The notes: generated by a model from the letters alone, not told the origin. Shown: positions 15,009 to 24,315, counted from the stretch's first letter. The stretch is DNA of 31,077 nt from a virus (IMGVR_UViG_3300020045_000911:1-31077), one strand, 5' to 3'. Made by a program: numbers and translations.

Positions 15009-16343
15009 TTAAGCCAGCTCGTAGCCGACATTTCCCAAAATTTCAATAGCGTGAATTGCCCCGGCCAAGCGCGCACTAAATTGCAACGTCAAAACCCGCG
15101 AAGCCTTAACCAGTGGGTCAACCGATTGAGACAATGGTGCCGTGATAGTGAACCCCGGCACAGTCTTGCCGTTTTCGTCTACTTCGTCAGGCGCGATATA
15201 GCCAACGGTCACGCCTTGTTGCAAAGACTTACGCAAATTGGTGACACACAACTGAATACCCGCATCGGTGTAAGGCACCTTAGCGCGATTGATGATCAGC
15301 ATTGTCATGTTGGTCTGAATCAAGTCTTCCAGCCAATCACGGCCACGAATAACGTCAATCCACTCGCCAGCGACAACCTTTCCAGGATTCGTCAGCGCGA
15401 TCTGGGTTTGGTAATACTCGAAAGTGTTACCGCCCTTGCCAAGAATGGTACTGCGCTGGGTTGCTGACAGCTTATCAGGTGTCACGCCACCGAGTTTTTT
15501 CAGTGCCCACGTTTCAGATCCTGGTTGCAACGGGAACACCGCCGACATCCAAGCAGCATCGGGGTACTGGGTCAAAGCATTGGCGCTATAAGCCGCATAG
15601 GTGCGATAGTAGCGGGTATCCTTGGCCACACTGATAACGTCAGTAGACACGCCCGGCGTCAGAATGTCAGCCTCGCTAGACGCGAAACCGAACAGCTTCT
15701 TCTGCGTCTCAGTCCAGGCTGCGAAATCAAGTTGCACCTGTTTTGTACGGTCAGAGCTAATCAAGCCATACCATGCGTTATCCTCCATGACGATAGCAGC
15801 CATGTCCACGGCTACAGTGTCCACGGTAGTGATTGCGCCCCACGACAGGTTAGAGCCAAGCGTAACAGCTTGCAGGTTAGATTGACTAATCCAAGCCAGG
15901 GAAACTGTGTTACCGATGGCGGTAGCTGTCAGCGTTTCGTTTGCATCCGAAGTGATGGCCAGAGCCAAAGCTGTCGCGATCTCGGCAGCGGTTGCGCTTG
16001 CGTCAGAAGTGAATGTGTAAACCTCGGGCGAGGTACCTGCGACCGTGATTGTGTAAGTCGTCAGATTTACGGCCACAATATCAATGATGGCAGTAGCCAC
16101 GGCTCGGCGACCGACCTTAACCTGACGCGGGTGCGGCGTCTGCGAGAATGCAGCCTCAACGGCACTCAGGATAGGATCAGGCAGGCCAGCCGCCACGGCA
16201 TCGTCATAGCGGGTATAGGCTTGCACACGGGACGTAAAAGCCATGTGTCCTCCCACGACCATTGGTGTCCCAAAATCGGCCCGCTCGACGCCGGTTGTAT
16301 TAAGCGTAATATTTACGCTGACTATGTCGCTTAAAGTTGCCAT
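15009..16343 (-). CDS. tail sheath protein (DUF3383-like)
   Basis: LSDIVSVNI, FSQTPHP..VKVGRR, PGSETWALKKL.GV, GEWIDVIRGRDWL, KVPYTDAGI, LAGAIH. Confidence 0.92.
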   Translation of the reverse strand: MATLSDIVSVNITLNTTGVERADFGTPMVVGGHMAFTSRVQAYTRYDDAVAAGLPDPILSAVEAAFSQTPHPRQVKVGRRAVATAIIDIVAVNLTTYTITVAGTSPEVYTFTSDASATAAEIATALALAITSDANETLTATAIGNTVSLAWISQSNLQAVTLGSNLSWGAITTVDTVAVDMAAIVMEDNAWYGLISSDRTKQVQLDFAAWTETQKKLFGFASSEADILTPGVSTDVISVAKDTRYYRTYAAYSANALTQYPDAAWMSAVFPLQPGSETWALKKLGGVTPDKLSATQRSTILGKGGNTFEYYQTQIALTNPGKVVAGEWIDVIRGRDWLEDLIQTNMTMLIINRAKVPYTDAGIQLCVTNLRKSLQQGVTVGYIAPDEVDENGKTVPGFTITAPLSQSVDPLVKASRVLTLQFSARLAGAIHAIEILGNVGYELA

Positions 16344-16398
16344 GTTGGCTCCAATCTAAAAATTAAACTTTGCAAAGTTCAGCCAAATGGCTTAGAAC

Positions 16399-16427
16399 AT
16401 TTTATGTTTTACGTTGTGGAATGTCAA
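16399..16427 (-). promoter_or_regulatory. sigma70-type promoter upstream of the sheath gene
   Basis: TTGACA (16427-16422) - 17 nt - TAAAAT (16404-16399); GGAG RBS before the sheath ATG. Confidence 0.8.
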
Positions 16428-16430
16428 AAC

Positions 16431-16964
16431 TCAAACACCCGACGCCGTAACCGACAAAATATACTCTTCGTTCAAAGCCGTATTAACTTGGCCTATGGTG
16501 CCGTTACTGATAACAGTATCAATAATTCCGACATTATCAGTTTGATCTGATTCCCAACGCAGGGACAAATCAATGCTCGCCCGTGGCTCAATGGCAATAC
16601 CATTAAGCAATTGTGCAATATCAGTCACCGCCGACATATCAAACGCTGCAATATCCTGAACTGAGAACTTATCCAAGTTTGAATTTAGCAGCATCTTGTC
16701 GGAAAACGTCTCAATAGTCGCCACGCTATCAACACCGAAACGATTGATGTTTAAAACACTCTCACGCACGGCTAAAACAGTCTGAATGCCTCCCGCATCA
16801 ACGTCCGAGTAGTGAGGCTCACCAACAGTAGTAACCACGCCTAAACGCAGCGTAGAGTAAGGCAGTGCAGGGCGTGGACCCGTCTGGTCAGCCCATATGA
16901 CAGTGCCGCCTAGTATTGGCTGTATCAGCGCGTAAAGGCGGGTTTTAAGCGTGGCTACGTTCAT
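16431..16964 (-). CDS. neck / tail terminator protein
   Basis: VIWADQ..PRP.LPY.TL, EPRASIDL; directly upstream of the sheath gene. Confidence 0.78.
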   Translation of the reverse strand: MNVATLKTRLYALIQPILGGTVIWADQTGPRPALPYSTLRLGVVTTVGEPHYSDVDAGGIQTVLAVRESVLNINRFGVDSVATIETFSDKMLLNSNLDKFSVQDIAAFDMSAVTDIAQLLNGIAIEPRASIDLSLRWESDQTDNVGIIDTVISNGTIGQVNTALNEEYILSVTASGV

Positions 16965-17125
16965 TTCACAGTCATACCAAATGAAATTACAGACTTTGTT
17001 ACTTGGTTAATTTTGTCTTCTTTAACAAATTTACCAGCAACTTTGCAAAAAATCACAGTCGCCATCAAATAGTATTTAAGCCACCATTTGAACTTAACTC
17101 CAAGTGTTACGTTTATGTTATTCAT
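16961..17125 (-). CDS. small AT-rich hypothetical protein, 54 aa
   Basis: MNNINVTLGVKFKWWLKYYL...; TAATG overlap upstream and ATGA overlap downstream. Confidence 0.55.
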   Translation of the reverse strand: MNNINVTLGVKFKWWLKYYLMATVIFCKVAGKFVKEDKINQVTKSVISFGMTVK

Positions 17126-17712
17126 TAAGTAACTTTCTTGAAAATCTGAAAGTACCAACCATTCACCCGAACTGTGCAAGCCGCGTCTGACTTAATCTTG
17201 ATTTCAGCCGGGTAATTCTGGATGTCGGTAGAGCCAACGTAAGAACCAGAAAACACCGACAATGAATAAGTGCCAGCTACTTTAAACTGAACGGTTGACT
17301 TTGGTGACTCGTAAGCCGATGGCGAACCAATACCCAAAAACACCGAAAGATTAACCACCTGATTAGCCGCAGTAGTTGTTACAAATAACTCATACCGAGC
17401 ATTCACCATGCTATTCAGTGGCAATTGAGTTAGGTCAATCTGGTTGGTAGTTGCATTCCAAAGCGAAGTAATGCCGCTTGGCATGGCGTCGATCTTTGTA
17501 TACGGCCCCAGCTTGTCATTCGTCAGCTTAGTCCAAGTGCTAGGCGCAACGTTAATCGGCACGGTAGCTGTGGCCAAGTCGTTGTAATCGACAAAGCCGA
17601 TTGACGATTGGAGCTCCTCAATCTCTACCTTGGCCGCTGAAAAGTTACCACGAACTCCCGCCGTAGTTGGGTTGCCTAGCGGTGGAATTGCCACATTGAT
17701 GTCTGATGCCAT
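17125..17712 (-). CDS. hypothetical virion protein (beta-rich)
   Basis: 195-aa ORF in the neck region with a GAGG RBS; GNPTTAGVRGNFSAAK.EIEELQ N-terminus. Confidence 0.65.
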   Translation of the reverse strand: MASDINVAIPPLGNPTTAGVRGNFSAAKVEIEELQSSIGFVDYNDLATATVPINVAPSTWTKLTNDKLGPYTKIDAMPSGITSLWNATTNQIDLTQLPLNSMVNARYELFVTTTAANQVVNLSVFLGIGSPSAYESPKSTVQFKVAGTYSLSVFSGSYVGSTDIQNYPAEIKIKSDAACTVRVNGWYFQIFKKVT

Positions 17713-17715
17713 TTG

Positions 17716-18102
17716 TTAACCTCTTGTAAGTGTACCGGCGACCCATGCAGCCGCGTAACCCGCTGGCGCTGCCATGCGACGGGTTGCATAAATCTTGTAA
17801 TGATCAATGACGCCCATTTGGCGAACTGAAATAGAACTGACTTCGTAGGCATATCCACGCCACACGATCAGGTCAGGCTGTAGGCCCGTAGCCTCGCCAC
17901 CCTCCTGCAATGATGTGTCTGTATAGACCTTCACCATGTCGCTGATTCGACGGCCTTCAGGGGCTGTAATCAGGTCTTGCTCAGTGGCGGGTTGAATGCT
18001 TGCCGTGATTGGCAAGACACTACGAACGCCCGGCACAAATACACCACTGACATAAGCGCCAGCGGCTTCATGAAGTACATCGAATGGTTTACGAAAGCTC
18101 AT
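17716..18102 (-). CDS. head closure / head-tail adaptor protein
   Basis: G.YV.G.FVPG, ASIQP, PEGRR...KVYT, PDLIVWRG..YEV. Confidence 0.8.
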   Translation of the reverse strand: MSFRKPFDVLHEAAGAYVSGVFVPGVRSVLPITASIQPATEQDLITAPEGRRISDMVKVYTDTSLQEGGEATGLQPDLIVWRGYAYEVSSISVRQMGVIDHYKIYATRRMAAPAGYAAAWVAGTLTRG

Positions 18103-18212
18103 TTGCGTATTAGGTGTTTAAGTATCTTGTTTGAATTGCAAGCGTGTTTAATCGGGTCAATGTTTTTCATAAGTACGGAGACAATTTTATCAAACACATA
18201 TTTACTTATCAT
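18099..18212 (-). CDS. possible 37-aa hypothetical protein
   Basis: MISKYVFDKIVSVLMKNIDPIKHACNSNKILKHLIRK*; fills the gap and its stop overlaps the next ATG (ATGA). Confidence 0.35.
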   Translation of the reverse strand: MISKYVFDKIVSVLMKNIDPIKHACNSNKILKHLIRK

Positions 18213-18663
18213 GTCGTCTAACTTCAAATGTAATCCCATTTATTAGAGCACTAGTGTCAACCAATGTTTTTGTACTGCCTTTTTTTGCTTTAACTGTTTG
18301 ATCTGCAAGCCGAGGCAAAATGCCGCGCTTTGAAATTACATTCTGAATATCTTGTTGAGCTTTTAATCCAATCATATAAACCATCTTAACAAATGTTTCA
18401 GCACCAAGCCGTCTTGATGCTTTTTCCATATGTCTCATATATCCTTGCTTGTTTTCATCAAATGCCGTACCCATGAATGATCGTTGTGGTATTTTTGATG
18501 TTCCAAATTCATTATCAGCAGCATACGAAGCAACAGAAGTGCCATCTTCGTTTACTTCGCCTTTTTGAACTCCAACAGTAGAAACCATCCGATCTGATTT
18601 TTTAAACTCAGCCATGATCTTTCTCATGCCCAAGTCCTTATCCATGACGTATTTAACGGCCAT
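18202..18663 (-). CDS. neck / tail completion protein
   Basis: A.YAA.NEFGT.KIPQRSFM, TVKAKKGSTKTLVDT..LIN.ITFEV. Confidence 0.8.
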   Translation of the reverse strand: MAVKYVMDKDLGMRKIMAEFKKSDRMVSTVGVQKGEVNEDGTSVASYAADNEFGTSKIPQRSFMGTAFDENKQGYMRHMEKASRRLGAETFVKMVYMIGLKAQQDIQNVISKRGILPRLADQTVKAKKGSTKTLVDTSALINGITFEVRRHDK

Positions 18664-19043
18664 TAGATCGGTGCGATAACATCAAACATGCGGGTGATGC
18701 CACCCATTGAGATATTCACGCTTAGACGGTCTAGAGCGATCTCGTATTGGTTCTTACCGCTTGTCTTTGAACTAGACGATGACCCGGCGCTAAACTGGCG
18801 CTCCAAGTCGCCCTCTTTCTCACGAACCAGACTACCGCTGACACTTGCTGTCCCGCTTGCGCTTGCTGATCGTTGCGACAACAAAATACAAGCCTGATAA
18901 ACCAATGCCAAGCCTCGCACGTTTTCAGCGTATAGCAACGGGTCAATGATCAGAGGCGCTAGGTCAAGCATGGCCTGTACCGTTACATCGGACTCACCCG
19001 CGAACTCAGGGGCGACTAAACGAAAGTATTCTAGTGCTGTCAT
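18663..19043 (-). CDS. head-tail adaptor (DUF4054-like)
   Basis: FRLVAPEF, REKEGDLERQF; synteny after the capsid genes. Confidence 0.78.
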   Translation of the reverse strand: MTALEYFRLVAPEFAGESDVTVQAMLDLAPLIIDPLLYAENVRGLALVYQACILLSQRSASASGTASVSGSLVREKEGDLERQFSAGSSSSSKTSGKNQYEIALDRLSVNISMGGITRMFDVIAPI

Positions 19044-19073
19044 TTATTGGCTTTGTGCAGAGGGGATTACTTT

Positions 19074-20552
19074 TTAGCCGTAGTAGCTCGATACCGTGCC
19101 CGTAGCCTCGCCGGTAACATCATTTACAGCGGCGCCGGAGTTGAATAGGCGCATCGCGGCAGTCTGAGCTGCGAGTAGACGAGCGTTTGAGCCTGCGGAG
19201 GCATAGCAGCTATCAAGCCACATCTTTGCTGATGTAAGGGCGCAGACGTTCTGCTGGCCTGCTCCAACTGTCAGCGCCTGCCCTGCGTAACAACCAAGAT
19301 TCCAGCTTTGAGCAAAATTGGTATCGACAACCGGCCGATCTGACGAGTCTATATAGACGCAGTTCAGCCGTATCGCATTGCAATAGTCATGTGCTGTCGT
19401 TGCATTGTCCGAAGCACCTGCGCTTCCTGTTGTTCCGTTTCCAGCTGCTGCGCACTCAATCTCAACACAGTCAGGCGAGGTGTCGGGGGTCGTGCCATTT
19501 GACTCGTTTGAGTGATAGTTAAAACCGTCCAAATAGTTGTCATAAGCAGCAGAACGGTAGCCGTAGACTTTGGAAAATGACGTAACGGATAGACCATTTG
19601 CCAAGCTAGACCCTTGAAAACTGCAATTGTTGTGCGCCAGTACACACCCCGTAACGGCGGATAACATCCCCATAAAAAATGCGCTATTTCCACCTACAAA
19701 GTCAACGCCATGCACATAAATTGAAATATTGTTTGTGCCGGTTGGAAATCGTCCATTTTGCGATGTGGTCGTTGGCAGCATCTTTGTGTCACCAACAAGA
19801 TTGCGGTCATCGTGCGCACGCACATGAAGGTTGGTTCCGTCATGGAAAAACGTACCGGCTGCGGCTGTCACAGCGGCTAAGTTGGCAACCTTTTTAAGTA
19901 CCCGGTATCGTTTTGGCTGACTGGAGAGCGGCACCGCTACCCCGGATGCGTTGACGTAGGACTGAGTGGCGCTTGTGAGAACATCAGCTACACCTGACGC
20001 ACTTGTCGCCCCGATAACTGTTGAGTAGACGTTGCTGTACGTGCCGTTAACAGCCCATGTTGGCAGTGCAGCACACGCAGCGCTGATGTATCGGTAGCCG
20101 GTGTTGTTGATGACCGATAGACTTCTGACCGGCTGCACGTTATTCCAGCTTTGCACGCCAAGTCCGACAAAATCAGCGGTCAGGCCAGTGATGATGATCT
20201 GATCAGCATCCGCCAGCGCCAAGGCAACAGCTAGATCCTTTTTGGCTAGTGGGGCGGTCAGGCCGCTATTTGCGTTGGAGCCGTTGATTGGGTCAACGTA
20301 GTAGGCTTTTGTCACTGCGGGAATCAGGCTGGTGATGTCAAAATTCGTGACGATCTGATTTCCAAGTCGGCGAAGGTCGAGTGCAGCAGCAAGGGTTGTC
20401 CCGCGAAAGCCAACAGGTGTAGTGATTGGAGAGGTGATCTGCAATGGCACACCACCCGCCGAAATTTCAATCCCCCCGGTGACAGGATTAACCGCAGCCT
20501 GCACAACACTACGCTTATCAAGCTCTAACTGGAATACATCACGAGTTGGCAT
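19074..20552 (-). CDS. parallel beta-helix protein, putative head fibre / appendage
   Basis: YYVDPINGSNANSGLT..AKK.L..AL motif, AYDNYLDGFNYH, DNATTAHD repeats; located in the head module. Confidence 0.65.
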   Translation of the reverse strand: MPTRDVFQLELDKRSVVQAAVNPVTGGIEISAGGVPLQITSPITTPVGFRGTTLAAALDLRRLGNQIVTNFDITSLIPAVTKAYYVDPINGSNANSGLTAPLAKKDLAVALALADADQIIITGLTADFVGLGVQSWNNVQPVRSLSVINNTGYRYISAACAALPTWAVNGTYSNVYSTVIGATSASGVADVLTSATQSYVNASGVAVPLSSQPKRYRVLKKVANLAAVTAAAGTFFHDGTNLHVRAHDDRNLVGDTKMLPTTTSQNGRFPTGTNNISIYVHGVDFVGGNSAFFMGMLSAVTGCVLAHNNCSFQGSSLANGLSVTSFSKVYGYRSAAYDNYLDGFNYHSNESNGTTPDTSPDCVEIECAAAGNGTTGSAGASDNATTAHDYCNAIRLNCVYIDSSDRPVVDTNFAQSWNLGCYAGQALTVGAGQQNVCALTSAKMWLDSCYASAGSNARLLAAQTAAMRLFNSGAAVNDVTGEATGTVSSYYG

Positions 20553-20569
20553 CTTAAACCTTTGGTTAA

Positions 20570-20764
20570 TTATTCAGCGTCAGCAACTTTAGCAGGACGG
20601 CCACGCTTAGCGGGCTCAGCTTCTACGACTTTATCGACAATCTCTTCCAAGTCGGCGCGGTTATAAGCATCGCGCCATTCGTCGCCTACTTCTTTTGTTT
20701 CCAATGGTGCGATAAGTACCGAGCCAAGCCAATGGCCGCGTGCCGAGTTGTTTTTGAGTTTCAT
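20570..20764 (-). CDS. small head-module protein with a KRGRP motif
   Basis: 64 aa, AGGA RBS, C-terminal KRGRPAK; typical position after the major capsid gene. Confidence 0.7.
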   Translation of the reverse strand: MKLKNNSARGHWLGSVLIAPLETKEVGDEWRDAYNRADLEEIVDKVVEAEPAKRGRPAKVADAE

Positions 20765-20792
20765 GTTTAGTCCTAATTTGGTTTTTTGGATT

Positions 20793-20860
20793 TTAACACC
20801 GAAACTCAGTAATGTATAATAGCGAAAACCCCGACAGTATTACAAGTACTTCGGGGCTTC
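20793..20860 (+). promoter_or_regulatory. promoter and leader hairpin of the endonuclease gene
   Basis: TTAACA (20793-20798) - 16 nt - TATAAT (20815-20820), then hairpin CCCCGA-c-AGTA...TACT-TCGGGG. Confidence 0.6.
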
Positions 20861-20889
20861 TAACCAAAATGTATCCGAAAGTACACACA

Positions 20890-21669
20890 ATGGCTGACAA
20901 CAATTCTACATCAAAAAGTTTCTATGTTTACGTGCATCGTCGGGCTACTGATGGGCGCGTGTTTTACGTTGGGAAAGGGTCTGGTTCAAGATCGCATAGC
21001 AGCCACCAAAGAAGCAAATACTGGAAAAACATAGTTGCCAAACATGGTTACATCACCGAAATTGTTCAAACCAATATGCTTGAATGGTGGGCATTTGAAC
21101 TTGAAATTGAATTGATAACTTTTTATGGAAGAGATGTTCTTTGCAATTTATCGGACGGTGGTGAAGGATCTTCTGGATGGATTCCAACTGAAGAATTCAA
21201 GAGAAATGTTTCAATTTTTCAGACTGGGAAAAAAAGAAGCAAAGAAACATGCGAAAAGATTTCAATAAAAGCACTATCAAGAGATAAATCTGTTTTTGCA
21301 AAAATATCAAAATCATTAACTGGAAAGCCTCAACCTTGGAACTCTGGAGATAACAATGCAATGAGAAGGCCAGAAGTTATAGCAAAAAGATCGGGATCAA
21401 ATCACCATTTCTTTGATAAAAAACGCCCTGAAATGACTGGTGAAAACCACCATTTTTATGGTAAAAAACGCATTGATATTACTGGAGAAAAGCACCACTC
21501 TGCCAGAAGCGTTGTTTGCATTGAAACCGGATTTGTGTTTGGAAGCATTGAATGCGCAATAAGATGGCTTAAATCAATTGGATTCACAAAAGCTAGAGGT
21601 GGAAATATAAGTATGTGCTGTGCTGGAAAACGCCAACATACTTGCAAATTTTCTTGGAAGTATACATAA
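20890..21669 (+). mobile_element. free-standing GIY-YIG homing endonuclease with NUMOD3/NUMOD1-type DNA-binding repeats
   Basis: FYVYVH...VFYVGKG, AFELEIELI..YG, LCNLSDGGEG, GKKRSKETCEKIS, GENHHFYGKK, VVCIETG.VF.SI...NIS.CC.GK...F.WKY; AT-rich and antisense to neighbours. Start taken at ATG 20890, downstream of the promoter. Confidence 0.88.
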
Positions 21670-21695
21670 AAAAAGGGGCCGTTAAGCCCCTTTTT
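21668..21695. terminator. bidirectional terminator between major capsid and endonuclease genes
   Basis: AAAAAGGGGC-cgttaa-GCCCCTTTTT. Confidence 0.88.
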
Positions 21696-21711
21696 GTTTA
21701 TCTGTTTTAGA

Positions 21712-22674
21712 TCAAATGCCAGATGCCCATGCAAATGCTAAAGGTTGATACACTGTGACGCCAGCGTAACGGCTCTCAACGTTGGTGATGTATTCCAAAC
21801 CTTGCATTTGGGTTGCATACTGTTTGATCATCATAGGAATTTCAAGGGCGAAATTCTCAATGCTGTTTTCAACTGCAAACATCAAGTCGGCACCACCGGA
21901 GCCAGCGCCATCAAGCTCAACAACCTGCTTAAACTCAACGCCAGGATGCACAGACTTCAGGAATGACATGATAGTCGTGTCGCTTGCTGTGCTGTTTTGG
22001 GTCGTAGCAATCAGGGCGTATTGGTCAACAGGAAGCCAGACTTGGGTTGCCGAGAAAATACCCTTTGATTGAACAATGATTTTATTGATCAAAGAATTAA
22101 TATCGCGCACGATTTTATCTGACGTTTTTGTGGCAAATGCCTTGCTGGAGCCGGTGCCATCAGCCAACAGAGTAACTTCTGGCAGATTGGTATTGGAGAT
22201 CAAACCGGGCAGACCATGTTCAGCATCACCAACCCATGCCAGTTGGTTAATCTTCTCTTGGTGGGCGCGAGTTGCTGCAAGCGCTTTGCGGCTTTCCAGA
22301 TTCGTTCCAGCGAAAAGCGAAGAGCGAACTTCTTGCACAGAGAATCCGTAGGCATTGCCAATAGACCGGATAATGCCAGTATATTCTTTTCCAAAAACGT
22401 CCGCACGCGGCATATCCGTAGCGAAATTGCTAATGACCTTGGCCATTCCGACCTGATCATACTGGCGATAAGTGTGAGTAGTTGCGCCCTCATTGATCTC
22501 GGTGGAGATAGGAAACAACGTCATTGCCGACAGGTTAACGCGTTTTACATCATAGGTTTTGGACTTGATGTACTCAAGTTGGCGAACGAAATGCAAAGAT
22601 TCATTTGCATCCAATCGGCCAGTTGCTTCAACAGAACGCAAGTCTTGCGCGTCGTAGTTCATTTTATCGCTCAT
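21712..22674 (-). CDS. major capsid protein (DUF2184 / HK97-fold, encapsulin-like)
   Basis: RQLEYIKSKTYD, YDQVGMAK, DMPRADV, GDAEHGLPGLISN, VESRYAGVTVYQPLA; followed by a strong terminator. Confidence 0.92.
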   Translation of the reverse strand: MSDKMNYDAQDLRSVEATGRLDANESLHFVRQLEYIKSKTYDVKRVNLSAMTLFPISTEINEGATTHTYRQYDQVGMAKVISNFATDMPRADVFGKEYTGIIRSIGNAYGFSVQEVRSSLFAGTNLESRKALAATRAHQEKINQLAWVGDAEHGLPGLISNTNLPEVTLLADGTGSSKAFATKTSDKIVRDINSLINKIIVQSKGIFSATQVWLPVDQYALIATTQNSTASDTTIMSFLKSVHPGVEFKQVVELDGAGSGGADLMFAVENSIENFALEIPMMIKQYATQMQGLEYITNVESRYAGVTVYQPLAFAWASGI

Positions 22675-22676
22675 GA

Positions 22677-23129
22677 TTATTTGATCTCCACAATAGCCAG
22701 ACCAGCAGCGGTCGTGGCAGTTACAAAACGGGCGGTGAACTGAGTAAACGCCTCAATACCAGCGGCGACAGCTTCATCGGTCAATGCACCAGTGGCCACG
22801 GTCAAGTTGGCAACAGCACCAGCCACAACAGCGTCAGTAGTCGCAACCCAGAAGCGGCCTTGAGTAATAACGGATACGGTTTCTTTTGCCGCATATTGCA
22901 CAGTGCCGCCGCCGTTTTGTTCACGGGCATGGTCATGCAATGCAAAGCCAACAGCCAGCGCGCCGGTCGTGGTTTTAAGCACTTGCTTTTCTTTGTTGGT
23001 GCCAAGCTTGACAGGGTAAGCGATTGGGATAATCTCTTCAGCGGCATAACTGCGAACAGCCTTGCTACCGATACCGTCCAGCATACCAGCGAAAGCCGCT
23101 GCGCCATATTGACTAATAGTTGTTTGCAT
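22677..23129 (-). CDS. capsid cement / decoration protein
   Basis: MQTT...AFAGML, VSVITQGRFWV, ARFVT...GLAIVEI; between scaffold and major capsid. Confidence 0.8.
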   Translation of the reverse strand: MQTTISQYGAAAFAGMLDGIGSKAVRSYAAEEIIPIAYPVKLGTNKEKQVLKTTTGALAVGFALHDHAREQNGGGTVQYAAKETVSVITQGRFWVATTDAVVAGAVANLTVATGALTDEAVAAGIEAFTQFTARFVTATTAAGLAIVEIK

Positions 23130-23131
23130 AT

Positions 23132-24214
23132 TTACTCCTTGTTACCCAAAGCGGCCATAAAGCCTTTGTAAGTTTTAGACTCGACCTTCTTGTCGGAGGA
23201 ATCCAGTTTAACGCCAGCCTTGCGTTGCTCAGCCATCGCGTTATCAGCCTTCATAGACACCGACATATCAAAAGCCGCATTGACGTATTCGTCAGACTTG
23301 CCGGTCAGATCAGCGTCAGCGCGAACAGCTTTGATCACGGCTTCTTTAACTTCGCGGTCAGACTTGCCAGCGCAATCGACCTTGAAACCTTCAGCGGCCT
23401 TGTCCAGTTCAGCGCGGGCCTTGATCTCAGCACGGGCAGAATCCAGCGCGTCGGTCTTCACCTTGGCCAGCTCAGCGGGGAAAGCATCGACACGGGCTTT
23501 GAGCGTATCACGCTCACCGGCCAGCTTTTCAGCGTCGGCTTTTGAGGCTTCGGACTGGGTTTTAAACAAAGCAGCATCATCACGCAACTTGTCCAGCGCG
23601 TGCACTACCTCGGGGGCAGCATCATATTCGATGCCGTTATCAAGCCGCACGCGGCCAAGTTTGTCAGACATTACGTCCTCCGTGAAAGCGACCGCATCAA
23701 AGCGGTCAAGATTAAGCCGGGCATTACCCGCCCGACCTTTTGGCACAAGCGCCAAATGATTTACTTTGATATTCTTTTGAATGGCGTCATACTTCTCGCC
23801 ATTGAACTCACCCGGCGTTTCATCCAAGTCAACCGTATAACCAAGCGACAGCTCACGCACACCGCCTTTTTCAGCCTTGATAATGGCCTCAGCGTCTTGG
23901 ATGATGATGTCAACGCGGACGTTATCGCCGTCTTGCTTACCAGCACCTAAGATTGTGCCAATGGTCAACTTCTTGAAGTTAGCCGCCGTCACCTTGCCAT
24001 TGGGGTGCGCGTCAGTGATAGGCTTACCTACCATGCTTGCCAGTGCGTCAGGATGAAACACCTCTTCAGCCGGGCGGTACTCTTTTCGAGTCGTGCCGTC
24101 TGCATTCATGTACGTCTGAATGCCAACGCGCCCGACAATGGGCGTATCCACCAAAAACCCTTCATCGGTCTTGGTGGCTTTCAATTGAGCAAAATCGTAT
24201 CTTTGAACGGTCAT
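23132..24214 (-). CDS. prohead protease / scaffold (DUF2213-like)
   Basis: GRVGIQTY, EYRPAEEVF, GKPITDAHP, ELSLGY, NHLALVPKGRAG.ARL; coiled-coil C-half. Confidence 0.92.
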   Translation of the reverse strand: MTVQRYDFAQLKATKTDEGFLVDTPIVGRVGIQTYMNADGTTRKEYRPAEEVFHPDALASMVGKPITDAHPNGKVTAANFKKLTIGTILGAGKQDGDNVRVDIIIQDAEAIIKAEKGGVRELSLGYTVDLDETPGEFNGEKYDAIQKNIKVNHLALVPKGRAGNARLNLDRFDAVAFTEDVMSDKLGRVRLDNGIEYDAAPEVVHALDKLRDDAALFKTQSEASKADAEKLAGERDTLKARVDAFPAELAKVKTDALDSARAEIKARAELDKAAEGFKVDCAGKSDREVKEAVIKAVRADADLTGKSDEYVNAAFDMSVSMKADNAMAEQRKAGVKLDSSDKKVESKTYKGFMAALGNKE

Positions 24215-24220
24215 ATTGAG

Positions 24221-24309
24221 TTTATATCATATCGCAAAACCTAATGCAAATAAATGCAATGTCAATCAGTGAAAACCCTAATAGACGTGGCGTTTATTCG
24301 TGGCATAGT
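24221..24309. promoter_or_regulatory. divergent promoter pair
   Basis: Minus: TTGCAT-17-TATAAA with TG extension, 6 nt before ATG 24214. Plus: TG-G-CATAGT (24301-24309), 6 nt before ATG 24316. GTGAAAACCCTA at 24269-24280 between them. Confidence 0.55.
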
Positions 24310-24315
24310 TGGTTT

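Noticed and set aside
15051-16334. Long plus-strand ORFs (138 and 269 aa) opposite the sheath gene
   Set aside because: Antisense shadows of a well-supported gene; no RBS and no recognisable motifs.
20812-20889. ORF-track N-terminal extension of the endonuclease
   Set aside because: ATG 20812 overlaps the TATAAT box, so it would lie upstream of the transcript start; ATG 20890 is preferred.
20765-21711. Group I intron around the GIY-YIG gene
   Set aside because: Flanking genes are intact, the ORF is antisense to them, and there is no room for an intron core.
21745-24244. Multiple plus-strand ORFs opposite capsid, cement and DUF2213 genes
   Set aside because: Antisense or alternative-frame artefacts of codon bias in highly expressed genes.
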